Assembly: GCA_029564175.1 (NCBI GenBank)
Contig: JAKQQL010000269.1
Span: forward strand, 1-64,000
Length of the DNA: 64,000 bases
Direction: 5' to 3'
From: Candidatus Cloacimonadota bacterium
Lineage (GTDB): Bacteria; Cloacimonadota; Cloacimonadia; Cloacimonadales; WRIO01
Part shown: positions 48,532 to 59,635 of the stretch, one piece after another
How positions within the stretch are numbered: position 1 is the stretch's first letter
Layout: each line of letters starts with the position of its first letter
Position numbers and translations under genes: made by a program
The notes under the pieces: model-generated
Seen by the model: only the letters and a program-made list of their open reading frames with translations
Told to the model about the DNA's origin: nothing
The model's database searches: none

Positions 48532-49464
48532 TTAAGTTCTTTCTTCTCTGAAATATGGAATTCCAAGACTCTTTGGATTATTTGATTTTGATTTTCTTAA
48601 AGAAAATAATACAAGAATAATAATAGTAAAAATATAGGGCATCATGTTCAAAATATGAGGAGAAATACTGACTCCAAGCGGTTGAAGTCTTAATTGTAAT
48701 GCTTCCAACCCACCAAACAGGAATGTACCCAAAATTGCATACATTGGATTCCAGTTAGAGAATATAACAATCGCAACAGCAATCCAGCCTCTGCCAGAAG
48801 TCATTTCGTCTCCCCATAAGGGTGTATAGGCTAAGGTCAGATAAGCGCCACTTACTCCTGCAAGAAAACCACCTATCATTGTACTCATATAACGGTAACG
48901 AATCACCTTAACTCCCATAATATCGGACGCTAAAGGCTTTTCTCCGGTACTCTTGGAGTACAAGCCCCATCGGGTATATTTAAAAATAATAAAAATAACT
49001 AGAGCTGTCAGCCAGGCAATATAGACCAATACATTATACTGAAATAAAATGCGACCTAAAAATGGGATATTACTTAATCCAGATATATCAATACTTTTAA
49101 AACTGCTTTCTAGATGTAATCCAACCATTTTAGCACCAAAAAACGAACTCATTCCCGAACCGAAAATAGTTAGTGCTAAACCAGATACAACCTGATTAGC
49201 CCTTAGAGTAATACATAAAAAAGCATGAATCAACCCCATCAGACTACTCATTAAACCAGCACAGATTACCGCAAACAACAGATTACCACTATGATATGCT
49301 ACAGAAAAACCAGTCAATGCACCGATTAGCATCATTCCTTCAACGCCTAAGTTCAATATCCCTGAACGTTCAGTAATGATTTCTCCCATACTGGCAAACA
49401 AAATAATCGTACTGCTACTTACTGTAGCAAAAATCAGATTAGCTAATATACTATAAAAATCCAT
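48532..49464 (-). CDS. Nucleoside/sugar ABC transporter permease
   Basis: ERSGILNLGVEG, GRGWIAVA. Confidence 0.9.
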   Translation of the reverse strand: MDFYSILANLIFATVSSSTIILFASMGEIITERSGILNLGVEGMMLIGALTGFSVAYHSGNLLFAVICAGLMSSLMGLIHAFLCITLRANQVVSGLALTIFGSGMSSFFGAKMVGLHLESSFKSIDISGLSNIPFLGRILFQYNVLVYIAWLTALVIFIIFKYTRWGLYSKSTGEKPLASDIMGVKVIRYRYMSTMIGGFLAGVSGAYLTLAYTPLWGDEMTSGRGWIAVAIVIFSNWNPMYAILGTFLFGGLEALQLRLQPLGVSISPHILNMMPYIFTIIILVLFSLRKSKSNNPKSLGIPYFREERT

Positions 49465-49472
49465 AGGTCATC

Positions 49473-50528
49473 CTAACATTTAATTAATTTGACTTTATAA
49501 TTTTTAAACAACTCAGCCCCTAATATGGAAAATAAAATTAATGCCTGAAGTATTGTTCCTATTGAAGCAGGTAGTCCTAATGATATTTGAATGATTTCAG
49601 CACCGGTTATGATTACACTCAGAAAAAAAGCAAAGAAACAGATAATAAATGGATTTGATTTAGACAACCATGCAACGATAATCCCTGTATAACCATAATC
49701 AGCAGAAAAAGTATTTAACAAGCGATACTGTAAGCCACATAAATCTATCATGCCAGCTACTCCTGCCAGTGCACCACTCAATAAAAATACTGAAAATATT
49801 ATCCGCTTCACATTAAATCCAGCATAATGCCCAGCTTTTGCACTTGATCCGATGATTCTCACTTTAAATCCATAAGGTGTATATTTTAGTACAACATATG
49901 TCAGTATCACAAAAATGATTAAAAGAAATAAACCACTGTGTAAGCGACCAAATCCGATTTGTGGTAACTGAGCATTTACAGGAAATATACGGGTTTTCGG
50001 GAAATTATCAGGACCAAGCCAGGGTCCATAAACAAAATAATCCACAATATTTAGTGCAACATAATTCATTAAAAGTGAAGTAATTACCTCATTGACACTA
50101 AATCTGATTTTTAAAAAGGCAGGAATCAGCGCCCATAAAGCACCACCCAACATGCCAATCAGGAGTATCACTGGAAGGTTTAAATAAATGGGTAACTGAG
50201 GAAAATTTAAAACATAGGCTGTTACGAAAAAAGCACCCATCAGATACTGCCCTTCTGCACCTATATTCCATATTTTATTTTCAAGAGCTATGGCTACAGC
50301 CAGACCTGTAAACGTAAGGGGTATCATCTTAACCAGTGCTTCTGATAAACCATAAGAAGAACCTATTACCCGTTCAATGATTTTTCCGTAGGCCAGCAAA
50401 GGATTTACACCATTTAACTGAATAAATACAGCACCTAATATTAATGCAGCAATAATCGCAAAAAATGTCGTTGTAAAATTTCTTACACTACTGATAAATG
50501 CCCTTTTTTCTAAAACAACTTTATACAT
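49473..50528 (-). CDS. Nucleoside/sugar ABC transporter permease
   Basis: NIGAEGQ, NEVITSLLMNY, GYTGIIVAWL. Confidence 0.9.
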   Translation of the reverse strand: MYKVVLEKRAFISSVRNFTTTFFAIIAALILGAVFIQLNGVNPLLAYGKIIERVIGSSYGLSEALVKMIPLTFTGLAVAIALENKIWNIGAEGQYLMGAFFVTAYVLNFPQLPIYLNLPVILLIGMLGGALWALIPAFLKIRFSVNEVITSLLMNYVALNIVDYFVYGPWLGPDNFPKTRIFPVNAQLPQIGFGRLHSGLFLLIIFVILTYVVLKYTPYGFKVRIIGSSAKAGHYAGFNVKRIIFSVFLLSGALAGVAGMIDLCGLQYRLLNTFSADYGYTGIIVAWLSKSNPFIICFFAFFLSVIITGAEIIQISLGLPASIGTILQALILFSILGAELFKNYKVKLIKC

Positions 50529-52054
50529 TAGAGCGTCTCCTTATGTTTCTCATTTATACCGCTCATGAGTAATCCTACTTTTTGTATATCAAACTGTTCA
50601 CGGGTTAAAGTATCCATGATCTGCCCTTCATACATGACAGCAATATGATCAGATAACTCAAACAGTTCATCTAAATCACCGGAAATCACAATAACAATCT
50701 TTTGATTAAGAGACAGTTCCTGAATTTTAGAGCGAACAAAATTAGTTGAAGCAATATCTAAACCACGAGTGGGATGAATAAAGATATAAACTTCTCCGTT
50801 CATTTCTATCTCTCTTGCCAGAATCAGTTTTTGTAGATTACCGCCTGATAGAACAATAGCCGGTTGTTGAAGACCTGGAAAAGAAATCTCATACTTTTCG
50901 GTCAGTTCGAGGGCATGTTGCTTAAGTTTTTTGATACACAGGCAGGCATATTGTTTATATTTCTTTTGATTAAATATTCTTAATGACAAATTTTCCCATA
51001 CTGAACTCTGACCAGCAGTAGCAACCTCACTCCTATTCTCGGGGATATAGGCAAATCCTTTGTTTATACGTTCTTTGATAGAGAGTTTACTGATATCTTT
51101 ATCCATAAAACTGATGGTTCCAGAATCAGCATAAATATGACCAGAAATAACATCTGCCAGTTCTCTTTGACCATTCCCGTCAACTCCAGCTATTCCTAAA
51201 ATCTCGCCTTTAATGATTTTTAGATTAATGTTTTTCAGCCCTTCTTTACAGTGGGAATTATAATGAATATCTTTTAAATGAAGAGAGACTGATGAGTTTA
51301 TTTGTTTTTCACGATACTGAAGATGGTTTATTTGTTTACCAACCATTAGCAAGGCCAGTTGATTTAACTCAGCCTCAGAACGGATAAGAGTTGCAACCTT
51401 CTGACCTTTTCTCAATACACTGATTCGGTCAGCTACCTGTATCACTTCGTTCATTTTGTGAGAGATAAACACGACTGTCTTACCTGTTTCGGCAATCTTT
51501 CTCAGTGTCAGCATCAGTTTATCTGATTCCTGAGCAGTTAAAACACTGGTAGGTTCATCGAGTATTAGAATGGATACATCTCTCAAGAGCATTTTTATAA
51601 TCTCTATCTTCTGACGACTCCCCACGGGAAAATCTTCAACAGGCAGATTGGGATTAAAATGAAAATCAAATAAATCCATATAATAGGTTAATTCTTTATC
51701 AAACAGTTTGTTATTAACCCAAAATGGCATTTTGGAATGCCCTAAAAGCAAATTTTCATAAACACTCAGCTTTTCAATCAAAGAAAAGCGTTGGTGTACC
51801 ATCCCGATACCTGCTTTTAAAGCATCTCCAGGGTTTTTAAACTGAACCTGCTGATTATTGATAAAGATTTGACCTTTATCCTGAGCATAAACACCTGTCA
51901 GAATATTCATCAAAGATGTCTTTCCTGCGCCATTTTCACCCAGTAAGGCATGAACTTCACCTGAAAAAAAATCTACACTCACATCATTTAAAATAAGATT
52001 TTGATAAAAAGATTTACTGATATTTCTCATTTTCACATTATTGATAGAACTCAT
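50528..52054 (-). CDS. Nucleoside/sugar ABC transporter ATPase (two NBDs)
   Basis: GENGAGKT, LSGGNLQK, PTRGLD. Confidence 0.92.
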   Translation of the reverse strand: MSSINNVKMRNISKSFYQNLILNDVSVDFFSGEVHALLGENGAGKTSLMNILTGVYAQDKGQIFINNQQVQFKNPGDALKAGIGMVHQRFSLIEKLSVYENLLLGHSKMPFWVNNKLFDKELTYYMDLFDFHFNPNLPVEDFPVGSRQKIEIIKMLLRDVSILILDEPTSVLTAQESDKLMLTLRKIAETGKTVVFISHKMNEVIQVADRISVLRKGQKVATLIRSEAELNQLALLMVGKQINHLQYREKQINSSVSLHLKDIHYNSHCKEGLKNINLKIIKGEILGIAGVDGNGQRELADVISGHIYADSGTISFMDKDISKLSIKERINKGFAYIPENRSEVATAGQSSVWENLSLRIFNQKKYKQYACLCIKKLKQHALELTEKYEISFPGLQQPAIVLSGGNLQKLILAREIEMNGEVYIFIHPTRGLDIASTNFVRSKIQELSLNQKIVIVISGDLDELFELSDHIAVMYEGQIMDTLTREQFDIQKVGLLMSGINEKHKETL

Positions 52055-52091
52055 CCGGTATCCTCTGCTTACAATAACTGCTGATTTAAAG

Positions 52092-52118
52092 AAAAACGAG
52101 CCACCGAAGTGACTCGTT
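52092..52118 (-). terminator. Intrinsic terminator/attenuating hairpin after BMP gene
   Basis: AACGAG.CAC/GTG.CTCGTT stem plus U-tract. Confidence 0.65.
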
Positions 52119-52129
52119 CCTAAAATATA

Positions 52130-53215
52130 TTATTTTTGAGATTTATCAACCACGTTCTCAACAAGCCAGTCAATTGACAATAAGGCTTCATCGGTCATGG
52201 TTTCACCTTCTTTAACTCTTAAAGCACCTGTATTATCTTTAACAGGCCCAGCAAACGGATGTAAAGTTCCAGCAACAATTTCCTGCTTTTTCTGTTCCAC
52301 ATAAGTTTTAATATCTTCTGGAACAGAAGCATTGAATGGAGCCAGACCAATAAGATCTTTATCAAGTCCCCAGTAAATTTGCTCATTTGTCCATGTCTTA
52401 TTATAAACCTGTTCAGCTATATATTTATAAACAACTGACCAATTCCATATTGGAGCTGTAATATGAGCTCTTGGAGCAAATTTTGACATATCATTATTGT
52501 AACCAACTGACAAAACACCACGTTTTTCAGCTGCTTGTTGAGCTGCAGCAGAGTCCATATTTTGCATAATCACATCACATCCCATATCTATCAGGGAGTT
52601 TGCAGCATCACTTTCTTTACCTGGATCATACCAAGAGTTTGCCCAGATGACATATAGTTTTGCATTTGGATTGACTGAAGCAATACCTCTTGCATAACCA
52701 TTAATATGGCGTTTAACTTCTGGAATTGGATGAGCTGCAACAATACCGACTTTATTACTCTTGGTTAATTTACCAACAGCAACTCCGGCAAGATAAGTTG
52801 CTTCATACATTTTACCAAAATAGGTTCCTACGTTATCTGCTGTTTTATAACCACTACAATGCATAAATTTTACATTAGGGTATTTTGCAGCCACTTCAAT
52901 CGTAGGATCACTATAACCAAATGAAGTTGTAAAAATCAGGTTGTACCCTTCTTCAGCCAGTTGTGTAATCACACGGGTTGCTTCTGCGTTTTCTGGTACA
53001 TTTTCAACAATCGTGGTTTTTTCAACGAAAGGTAATTGTTTCAATGCCTGATGACCTTGTTCGTGTGCATAAGTCCAGCCGGCATCGCCAATTGGTCCAA
53101 TATACACAAAGCCAACTTTGAGTTTTTCCTGATCGGTCTGTTCAGCTTTTTTCCCGCAAGACAGGATTAAAAGCAATGAGAGGATGAGCAGGATGATGAC
53201 AAAGCTTTTTCTCAT
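52130..53215 (-). CDS. BMP-family ABC substrate-binding lipoprotein
   Basis: Lipobox LSC; GPIGDAGWTYAH, TTSFG, SWYDP. Confidence 0.92.
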   Translation of the reverse strand: MRKSFVIILLILSLLLILSCGKKAEQTDQEKLKVGFVYIGPIGDAGWTYAHEQGHQALKQLPFVEKTTIVENVPENAEATRVITQLAEEGYNLIFTTSFGYSDPTIEVAAKYPNVKFMHCSGYKTADNVGTYFGKMYEATYLAGVAVGKLTKSNKVGIVAAHPIPEVKRHINGYARGIASVNPNAKLYVIWANSWYDPGKESDAANSLIDMGCDVIMQNMDSAAAQQAAEKRGVLSVGYNNDMSKFAPRAHITAPIWNWSVVYKYIAEQVYNKTWTNEQIYWGLDKDLIGLAPFNASVPEDIKTYVEQKKQEIVAGTLHPFAGPVKDNTGALRVKEGETMTDEALLSIDWLVENVVDKSQK

Positions 53216-53282
53216 TTTGCCTCCTTTGTTTTTATGCAGTAATTCTGCTTTTATTTAAACTTATATGTTTTTATTTGATTAG

Positions 53283-54890
53283 TCAATTATTTTTTTTGTT
53301 TTTTTTAGCTGCTTCGATAAAAGCCTTAAAAACAGGCTGAGCTTTTTCAGGAGTTGATTTAAACTCAGGATGGAATTGAACCCCAATATAGAAAGGGTGT
53401 TCAGTTACTTCGACAATTTCAACCAACATATCATCCGGAGAAGTACCACTGATCAGCATTCCTTTTTCTTCCACAATCTGACGGTATTTATTGTTAAATT
53501 CGTAACGATGACGATGACGTTCGGAGATATTCTCTTCCTGATAAATCCGGAACGCTAAACTTTCAGATTTTATCTTACAGGGATAAGCTCCCAGGCGCAT
53601 TGTTCCACCTAAATCATTAATATATTTCTGATCAAGCATCAGGTCAATTACCGGATTTTTGCAATGATCTTCAAATTCTGAGCTGTACGCATCACTAATA
53701 CCACAAACATTTTTAGCAAACTCTATAACTGCGATCTGCATTCCCAAACATATGCCAAAGAATGGTATTTGATGGATTCGGGCATATCTGGCTATCTCTA
53801 TCTTGCCATTTATACCTCTGACACCAAATCCACCTGGTACTAAAATACCATTAACCTGACTCAGCAACCTGTCATATTCCTCCTCAGAATACTGGGTTTC
53901 AGAATCTATCCATTTTATTTCTAGTTTCACATTGTTCCATGCTGCCGCATGGTAAAGAGATTCCACTACGCTTTTATAGGCATCTTTATGCTCCACATAC
54001 TTACCACATAAAGCGATACTGACTTCACCATCCTGAGGGTTTTTGGAATTGTTAAGGAACTGATCCCAGACAGAGAAATCAACTGTTTTTTCTTCAATTC
54101 CAAAATGTTTGCAAATCACGCTCTGTACACCTGATTCATAATAAATCTTAGGAATTTCATACACTGAACATACATCAATGGCACTAAATACATTTTTATA
54201 TTGAACATTGGTAAAAAGCGCTATTTTTTGTCTGATTTCTTCATCCAGATTTTGTTCACAACGACAGAGAATAATATCAGGTTGAATCCCGATCTCTCTT
54301 AATTTGTATGCACTGTGTTGAGTTGGTTTGGTTTTTACTTCTCCGGCTGATTTAATATAAGGGACATAAGACAGGAAAATAAACATTGAATTCTCATAAC
54401 CAATTTCCAGTCGGTATTGTCTGACAGCTTCCAGAAACGGTAAACTTTCAATATCACCAATAGTTCCACCAATTTCTGTAATAACAATATCATTGTTTTC
54501 TGCTGCTTTTTTTATAAAGCGCTTTATCTCGTTGGTTACATGAGGAATCACCTGTACTGTTTTACCCAGATACTCCCCTTTACGTTCTTTTTGAATTACA
54601 TTTTCATAAATTACACCAGAAGTTGTATTAGAATTCCGGTTAGTAGCTCTGCCAATAAAGCGTTCATAATGTCCTAAATCCAAATCCGTTTCAGCACCAT
54701 CATCTGTAACAAACACTTCCCCATGTTGAAAAGGACTCATTGTACCAGGATCAACATTTAAATAGGGATCCAGTTTTTGCATCGCTACTTTATAACCCAT
54801 TCTTTGCAGTAAAAAACCGATGGATGCCGATGCAATCCCCTTACCTAAAGAGGATAATACCCCTCCGACTACAAAAATATGTTTTGCCAT
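53283..54890 (-). CDS. pyrG: CTP synthase
   Basis: GVLSSLGKG, DPYLNVDPG, GICLGMQ, QFHPEF. Confidence 0.97.
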   Translation of the reverse strand: MAKHIFVVGGVLSSLGKGIASASIGFLLQRMGYKVAMQKLDPYLNVDPGTMSPFQHGEVFVTDDGAETDLDLGHYERFIGRATNRNSNTTSGVIYENVIQKERKGEYLGKTVQVIPHVTNEIKRFIKKAAENNDIVITEIGGTIGDIESLPFLEAVRQYRLEIGYENSMFIFLSYVPYIKSAGEVKTKPTQHSAYKLREIGIQPDIILCRCEQNLDEEIRQKIALFTNVQYKNVFSAIDVCSVYEIPKIYYESGVQSVICKHFGIEEKTVDFSVWDQFLNNSKNPQDGEVSIALCGKYVEHKDAYKSVVESLYHAAAWNNVKLEIKWIDSETQYSEEEYDRLLSQVNGILVPGGFGVRGINGKIEIARYARIHQIPFFGICLGMQIAVIEFAKNVCGISDAYSSEFEDHCKNPVIDLMLDQKYINDLGGTMRLGAYPCKIKSESLAFRIYQEENISERHRHRYEFNNKYRQIVEEKGMLISGTSPDDMLVEIVEVTEHPFYIGVQFHPEFKSTPEKAQPVFKAFIEAAKKNKKNN

Positions 54891-55946
54891 TTATACCTCA
54901 CTTAATATATCTTGATCATGTTCATACAGTTTAGCCTTTGAATTAGCTAAACTGATTAATTTATTATTGATTACTAGCTTAATCGTACAATTTTTTAACA
55001 CACACTCATCAAATAGAGAATAGCGTATTGGTTCTTGTAATGCAGAGTTCATACCAAGACACAAATAAGCTTCCTGGATTGGATTAAAAAGAAGGCTATG
55101 TAAAAAGTTGCTGTTATTCTGTCTATTTAAGAAGTCAACAGAAATCACTTTTCCCTTTTCAAAGATAATCTGAATATCTGTATAATATTGATTATCCAAA
55201 TATACAGACTCCGCATAAAAAATTCCATCAAGCGTCAAATGGACAATCTGTTTTTCTATTTTACCAGTTGGAAGTATGATATAACAACGATTCAGAAAAT
55301 CTCCATTATAAATCATTGAATTCTGTTGTAAAAATGTAAAAGCAAGATTTCTGTCTTCTGTTATCAAATTCCATTCGTTCGATTTTTTTAATTTTTCATC
55401 GACTAAAACGATGTGTTTCTTTAAAAAATAATATTCAATATTTATTGCGGCAAAGTATTTCTCCCGAAGGACAGAATAGTTCAAATTGTAAAATTTTGCC
55501 AGTGCTTCTGTAGGAAATCCCATCAATACTACTTTTTTCATTTGAATCTGAATTTGATCCCACAGTTCTTTAGCTGATTTATTATAATTTGACAGATAGT
55601 AACTGGGAATATCATGAGTGAAATAGGGATTAGAAAGCCATCCAAAGTCAATGAAGACATCCGCCAAAGAAACCCATTTTTCATAATAATGGGCTGGTAA
55701 CTTCAGATTATTACTGTTCATCTCAGTAAAGACCCGTTTTCTTAGGTTTTCAGAGGCAATATCAAGTACGGCAAATCCACCTGCTTTTCGGATTTCCAGA
55801 GCCATTTCTTCAAGAAGGGGAATCTCAATTAAAGGGTTATCTAAGTCATAACCATTATGTATTTCTGCACTTAGATTTATGATTTGCTTTTGTTTAATCT
55901 TAATCACATTATGAATAATGTTGTATGCCAGAGCAGCTAAATCCAT
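54891..55946 (-). CDS. Hypothetical protein resembling a degenerate M29 (AmpS-like) aminopeptidase
   Basis: Overall pattern (LPTG, FEKGKV, LGMN, FDE) without clear metal ligands. Confidence 0.5.
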   Translation of the reverse strand: MDLAALAYNIIHNVIKIKQKQIINLSAEIHNGYDLDNPLIEIPLLEEMALEIRKAGGFAVLDIASENLRKRVFTEMNSNNLKLPAHYYEKWVSLADVFIDFGWLSNPYFTHDIPSYYLSNYNKSAKELWDQIQIQMKKVVLMGFPTEALAKFYNLNYSVLREKYFAAINIEYYFLKKHIVLVDEKLKKSNEWNLITEDRNLAFTFLQQNSMIYNGDFLNRCYIILPTGKIEKQIVHLTLDGIFYAESVYLDNQYYTDIQIIFEKGKVISVDFLNRQNNSNFLHSLLFNPIQEAYLCLGMNSALQEPIRYSLFDECVLKNCTIKLVINNKLISLANSKAKLYEHDQDILSEV

Positions 55947-55979
55947 TTTATCCCTATTCCTTTCTTATCTCATAACATA

Positions 55980-56804
55980 CTAAAGCTTAGTATCCACATA
56001 CCAGGTTTCACCCAGCTTCACTTTAGCAAGTGTAAAATCCTTAATATTGAGAATGTCTTCTGCTATCTTACAAAATTTGTCTTCATTATCACTGACAAAA
56101 AAATAATCTTTTCCTTTTTCCTGACTACAGCTATCTTCAAGATTATCATTTATATCATCTAAAATGGATACTGCAGAATCGACAAGGCATACTTCATTTC
56201 CCATTACATCCTGGATGACGTTTTTCAGTATCGGATAATGTGTACATCCTAAAACCAATGTATCAATGCCTTTATCTTTAAACTCTTTCAGATATTCTTC
56301 GGCTATTGCATGGGTAATGGGATGCTCTGCCCAGCCTTCTTCAGCAAGCGATACAAATAATGGACAAGCGATACTAAAAATATTGCAGTTTGTATTAATA
56401 TCCTGTATTGCTTTGGAATAAGCCTGACTCCTGATTGTACCTTCTGTGCCGATAACGCCTATCCGACCGTGTTGACTGTTAGCAACAGCACTTCTGGCTC
56501 CAGGTTCAATAACACCCAGTATTGGAATATCAAACATATTGCGTAATATATCCAGAGCTACTGCTGATGAGGTATTACAGGCAATGACGATCATCTTAAC
56601 ACCCTGTTGCATTAAAAATCGGGCATTTTGAATTGAATAATCTATCACGGTATTCTTTGACTTTGGTCCATATGGAACCCTTGCTGTATCACCAAAATAC
56701 ACGATATCTTCATTTGGGAAATGTTTACGTATTTCTTTAAAAACAGTAAGTCCCCCGACTCCAGAATCAAACACACCAATTGCCTGTTTTTTAAATTTCA
56801 TCAT
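55980..56804 (-). CDS. murI: Glutamate racemase
   Basis: FDSGVGGLTV, ACNT, LGCTHYP. Confidence 0.96.
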   Translation of the reverse strand: MMKFKKQAIGVFDSGVGGLTVFKEIRKHFPNEDIVYFGDTARVPYGPKSKNTVIDYSIQNARFLMQQGVKMIVIACNTSSAVALDILRNMFDIPILGVIEPGARSAVANSQHGRIGVIGTEGTIRSQAYSKAIQDINTNCNIFSIACPLFVSLAEEGWAEHPITHAIAEEYLKEFKDKGIDTLVLGCTHYPILKNVIQDVMGNEVCLVDSAVSILDDINDNLEDSCSQEKGKDYFFVSDNEDKFCKIAEDILNIKDFTLAKVKLGETWYVDTKL

Positions 56805-56830
56805 TTCCTCTATAGTTCAAGTTTTCTTTG

Positions 56831-56866
56831 AAAAAGAAAAGGGTGCAAAGTCAAATCTGCACCCTT
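56831..56866 (-). terminator. Intrinsic terminator
   Basis: AAGGGTGCA/TGCACCCTT stem plus U-tract. Confidence 0.7.
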
Positions 56867-56873
56867 AAATCAG

Positions 56874-57938
56874 TTATGGTAAAATCTTTTCTAAGATTTT
56901 TTCATCTATCTTCTCAATCATTTTTATCACTAAATCAAGTGCTGCCTGATAATCAGACATTTTCATCATACCATTATGACTGTGTGCATATCGAACAGGA
57001 ACAGCTAAAACGACTGAAGGTACACCAATATTCGAAACATGAATCTTGCCTGCATCTGTACCGCCTGACTTACGAACAGCAATCTGATATGGAATTTTAT
57101 TTTCTTCACACACATCGATAACAAAGTTTTTTAATGCTGGGTTTGTTAACATTGTGGGATCAACCACACGCATCTGAACACCCTTTCCAAGACCACACTG
57201 AATTTCATCCCGATTACCCGGAAAATCATCTCCAGGAGCTCCTTCTAGCACTATTGCCAAATCTGGTTTCACTAAATTTGCAATCGTCTGAGCACCACGA
57301 GTACCGACTTCTTCTTGAACAGAACCAGCACAGAAAATTGTATTAGGATGTGTTTTATCTTTGAAATACTGAGCAGCTTCAATCGCCATTGCAACGCCTG
57401 CCCTGTCATCAAATCCTTTTGATATCATGATATCATTCTTGTCTATATAATGGTAATGAGGAACTGGAACAATAAAATCACCTTTACGAATTTCAAATAC
57501 ATTCTTGATTTCATCATCAGAACTTGCACCTAAATCGACGTACATATCATCAATACTCAATTTTCCAGATGCATCTTTTAAGTGGTGTACCGGCACAGAG
57601 CCAATTAAACCCGTAAAATGTTCTCCTTTGTGATTTATGACTTCAACAGGAGAGGACATAAGCGTTCTTGGATCCCAGCCACCAAGATTAACCATTCTGA
57701 TTAAACCGTTTTTAGTAATCGAATGTACCATAAAACCGATTTCATCCATATGTCCAACTAATAATATACGAGGTTTATCTGAGCTGCCTTTGATTTCAAA
57801 AGCGATTGAGCCTAACTTATCTTTTATAAAAGGGATATCACTTCCAATCTTATCTCTCATAAACTGGCTGACTGCTTTCTCGTCTCCCGATACTCCAGAT
57901 AACAATGTCAGTTCTTTTAATAATTCTTTTGAATTCAT
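56874..57938 (-). CDS. M42 family metallopeptidase
   Basis: GHMDEIG, KGFDDRAG, QEEVG, GGTDAG, RYAHS; start 57938 preferred. Confidence 0.92.
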   Translation of the reverse strand: MNSKELLKELTLLSGVSGDEKAVSQFMRDKIGSDIPFIKDKLGSIAFEIKGSSDKPRILLVGHMDEIGFMVHSITKNGLIRMVNLGGWDPRTLMSSPVEVINHKGEHFTGLIGSVPVHHLKDASGKLSIDDMYVDLGASSDDEIKNVFEIRKGDFIVPVPHYHYIDKNDIMISKGFDDRAGVAMAIEAAQYFKDKTHPNTIFCAGSVQEEVGTRGAQTIANLVKPDLAIVLEGAPGDDFPGNRDEIQCGLGKGVQMRVVDPTMLTNPALKNFVIDVCEENKIPYQIAVRKSGGTDAGKIHVSNIGVPSVVLAVPVRYAHSHNGMMKMSDYQAALDLVIKMIEKIDEKILEKILP

Positions 57939-58087
57939 GTTATACCCACTTTCTATATCATTATTCATTCGTAAACTCATTTTTCATTTCTTTAAAGAAA
58001 TGTCAAGAATTTTTCACCTTAAATTAAAAATGTTTAAAAAAAAGAGACTCTGTTTATCAGAGTCCCTGTTTTTCAATCTGTTTACTT

Positions 58088-58639
58088 TTATTGCTTGTCA
58101 ATCGAACAAAATTCTTCGAATGATTTACGAGGCGGTCTGTTCTTTTCAATCTGCAGCATTTGATCTCCAAGCGACGACCAGAACCTGTCAGTTTCTTTTC
58201 CACAAATCAGAATGGTCAGTAACTGATACTCATCTGGTATATTCAGTATTGTCTTTGCCTTTTCTTCGTTGAAACCGGCAATTGGATGAATACTGAGCCC
58301 TAGTTCTACGGCTTTTAATTGCAAAAAAGCACTTGCCATTCCGGTATCAAACGCATAATATTCACGGCTACCTACTATACAGTCTTCTTCCTTACGCGAA
58401 TAGACTGCAATCATCAAAGAACTGTTGTATGTCCATTCATTACCTTTTGACATCACTTCATGCATCTTTTCCAGCTGATTTTCACTCCTGACAAAAACAA
58501 AATGCCAGGGTTGTTTATTATAACAGGAAGGCGCCATCTTTGCCGCATCTGCCAGTTGATATATCATGTCATCAGTAATTGTCACTTTTTCTATAGAACG
58601 TAATGCACGTCTTTTTGTGATTAAGTCATTTAAGTTCAT
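58088..58639 (-). CDS. Nitroreductase family protein
   Basis: KRRALR, APSCYNKQPW, ELGL. Confidence 0.9.
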   Translation of the reverse strand: MNLNDLITKRRALRSIEKVTITDDMIYQLADAAKMAPSCYNKQPWHFVFVRSENQLEKMHEVMSKGNEWTYNSSLMIAVYSRKEEDCIVGSREYYAFDTGMASAFLQLKAVELGLSIHPIAGFNEEKAKTILNIPDEYQLLTILICGKETDRFWSSLGDQMLQIEKNRPPRKSFEEFCSIDKQ

Positions 58640-58720
58640 ATCGACCTCACTTTCTTCTTAAAACAATATATTCAATTTATTCAAAATGCAAAATAATTCT
58701 GATCAATTTTTTCTATTCTT

Positions 58721-58749
58721 TCCTTATACCATCCTTATCCTTTCCTTAT
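58721..58749. repeat. Three TCCTTAT boxes at 11-bp spacing
   Basis: 58721, 58732, 58743; homologous element at 40054. Confidence 0.7.
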
Positions 58750-58909
58750 CTCTTATTTTTATAATATAAATTATATTGTTTTTAATAATCTTTAAAGAAT
58801 TGTATTTTTTATTGATGACTTTCATACAACAATAGTCTAAAACACATTAATAGAAAAGGAATATTTTTTTCTTTTACAATTATTTTTTGTAGCGTAATTA
58901 ATAATAAAA

Positions 58910-59635
58910 CTAGTTTCCAACTTTTTGTAAAAATCGATTTAAAAACAAGTTATTCGTATGATAAAAATGTATCGGAGAACCTTGTTCTTCAATTCTTCCA
59001 TCGATCATGAAAAGCAAATAATCTGCAATTTTTTCAGCAAATGAAATTTCATGCGTAACCAGTAACATATCCATCTTTTCTGATTTTAACTGAAGTATCA
59101 TCTCAAGTACTTCTGAACTCAGTTCGGGATCAAGCGCTGAAGTCGGTTCATCTAAGAAGAGAAATTGAGGATTTATAGCTAAAGCTCTTGCGATGGCTAT
59201 TCTTTGTTTTTGTCCGCCTGAAAGCTGAGCTGGCTTTTTATGTGCATGGCTTGATAATTGAAAATGAGCTAAAAAATGATGAGCAATTTCTAATGATTCT
59301 TTTTTTGAATGATGATGCACTTTTACAAGTGGTAAAAGGATATTATCCAGAGCAGTAAGATGTGGGAAGAGGTTATAATTCTGAAAAACTATGCCGTTTC
59401 TTTTTCGCCATTCATTCATGAAATGATGACCTTTATGCAATTCTGTACCATTGATCATCACATAACCAGAATCAGGCTCTTCAAGACCGGCAAGTATTCT
59501 TAACAATGTCGTCTTACCACTGCCTGATGGGCCAATGATAACAAGTGAATTTATATTCTCAACTTCCAAACAAAGTTGACTGATAACATTTTGCTCATCG
59601 TATGTCTTATTTAACTGATTGATTTTAAGATGCAT
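58910..59635 (-). CDS. Polar amino acid ABC transporter ATPase
   Basis: GPSGSGKT, LSGGQKQR, DEPTSALDPE. Confidence 0.92.
   Translation of the reverse strand: MHLKINQLNKTYDEQNVISQLCLEVENINSLVIIGPSGSGKTTLLRILAGLEEPDSGYVMINGTELHKGHHFMNEWRKRNGIVFQNYNLFPHLTALDNILLPLVKVHHHSKKESLEIAHHFLAHFQLSSHAHKKPAQLSGGQKQRIAIARALAINPQFLFLDEPTSALDPELSSEVLEMILQLKSEKMDMLLVTHEISFAEKIADYLLFMIDGRIEEQGSPIHFYHTNNLFLNRFLQKVGN

Noticed and set aside
57637..58272. 211-aa plus-strand ORF and the other plus-strand ORFs in the host region
   Set aside because: Antisense shadows of well-supported minus-strand genes
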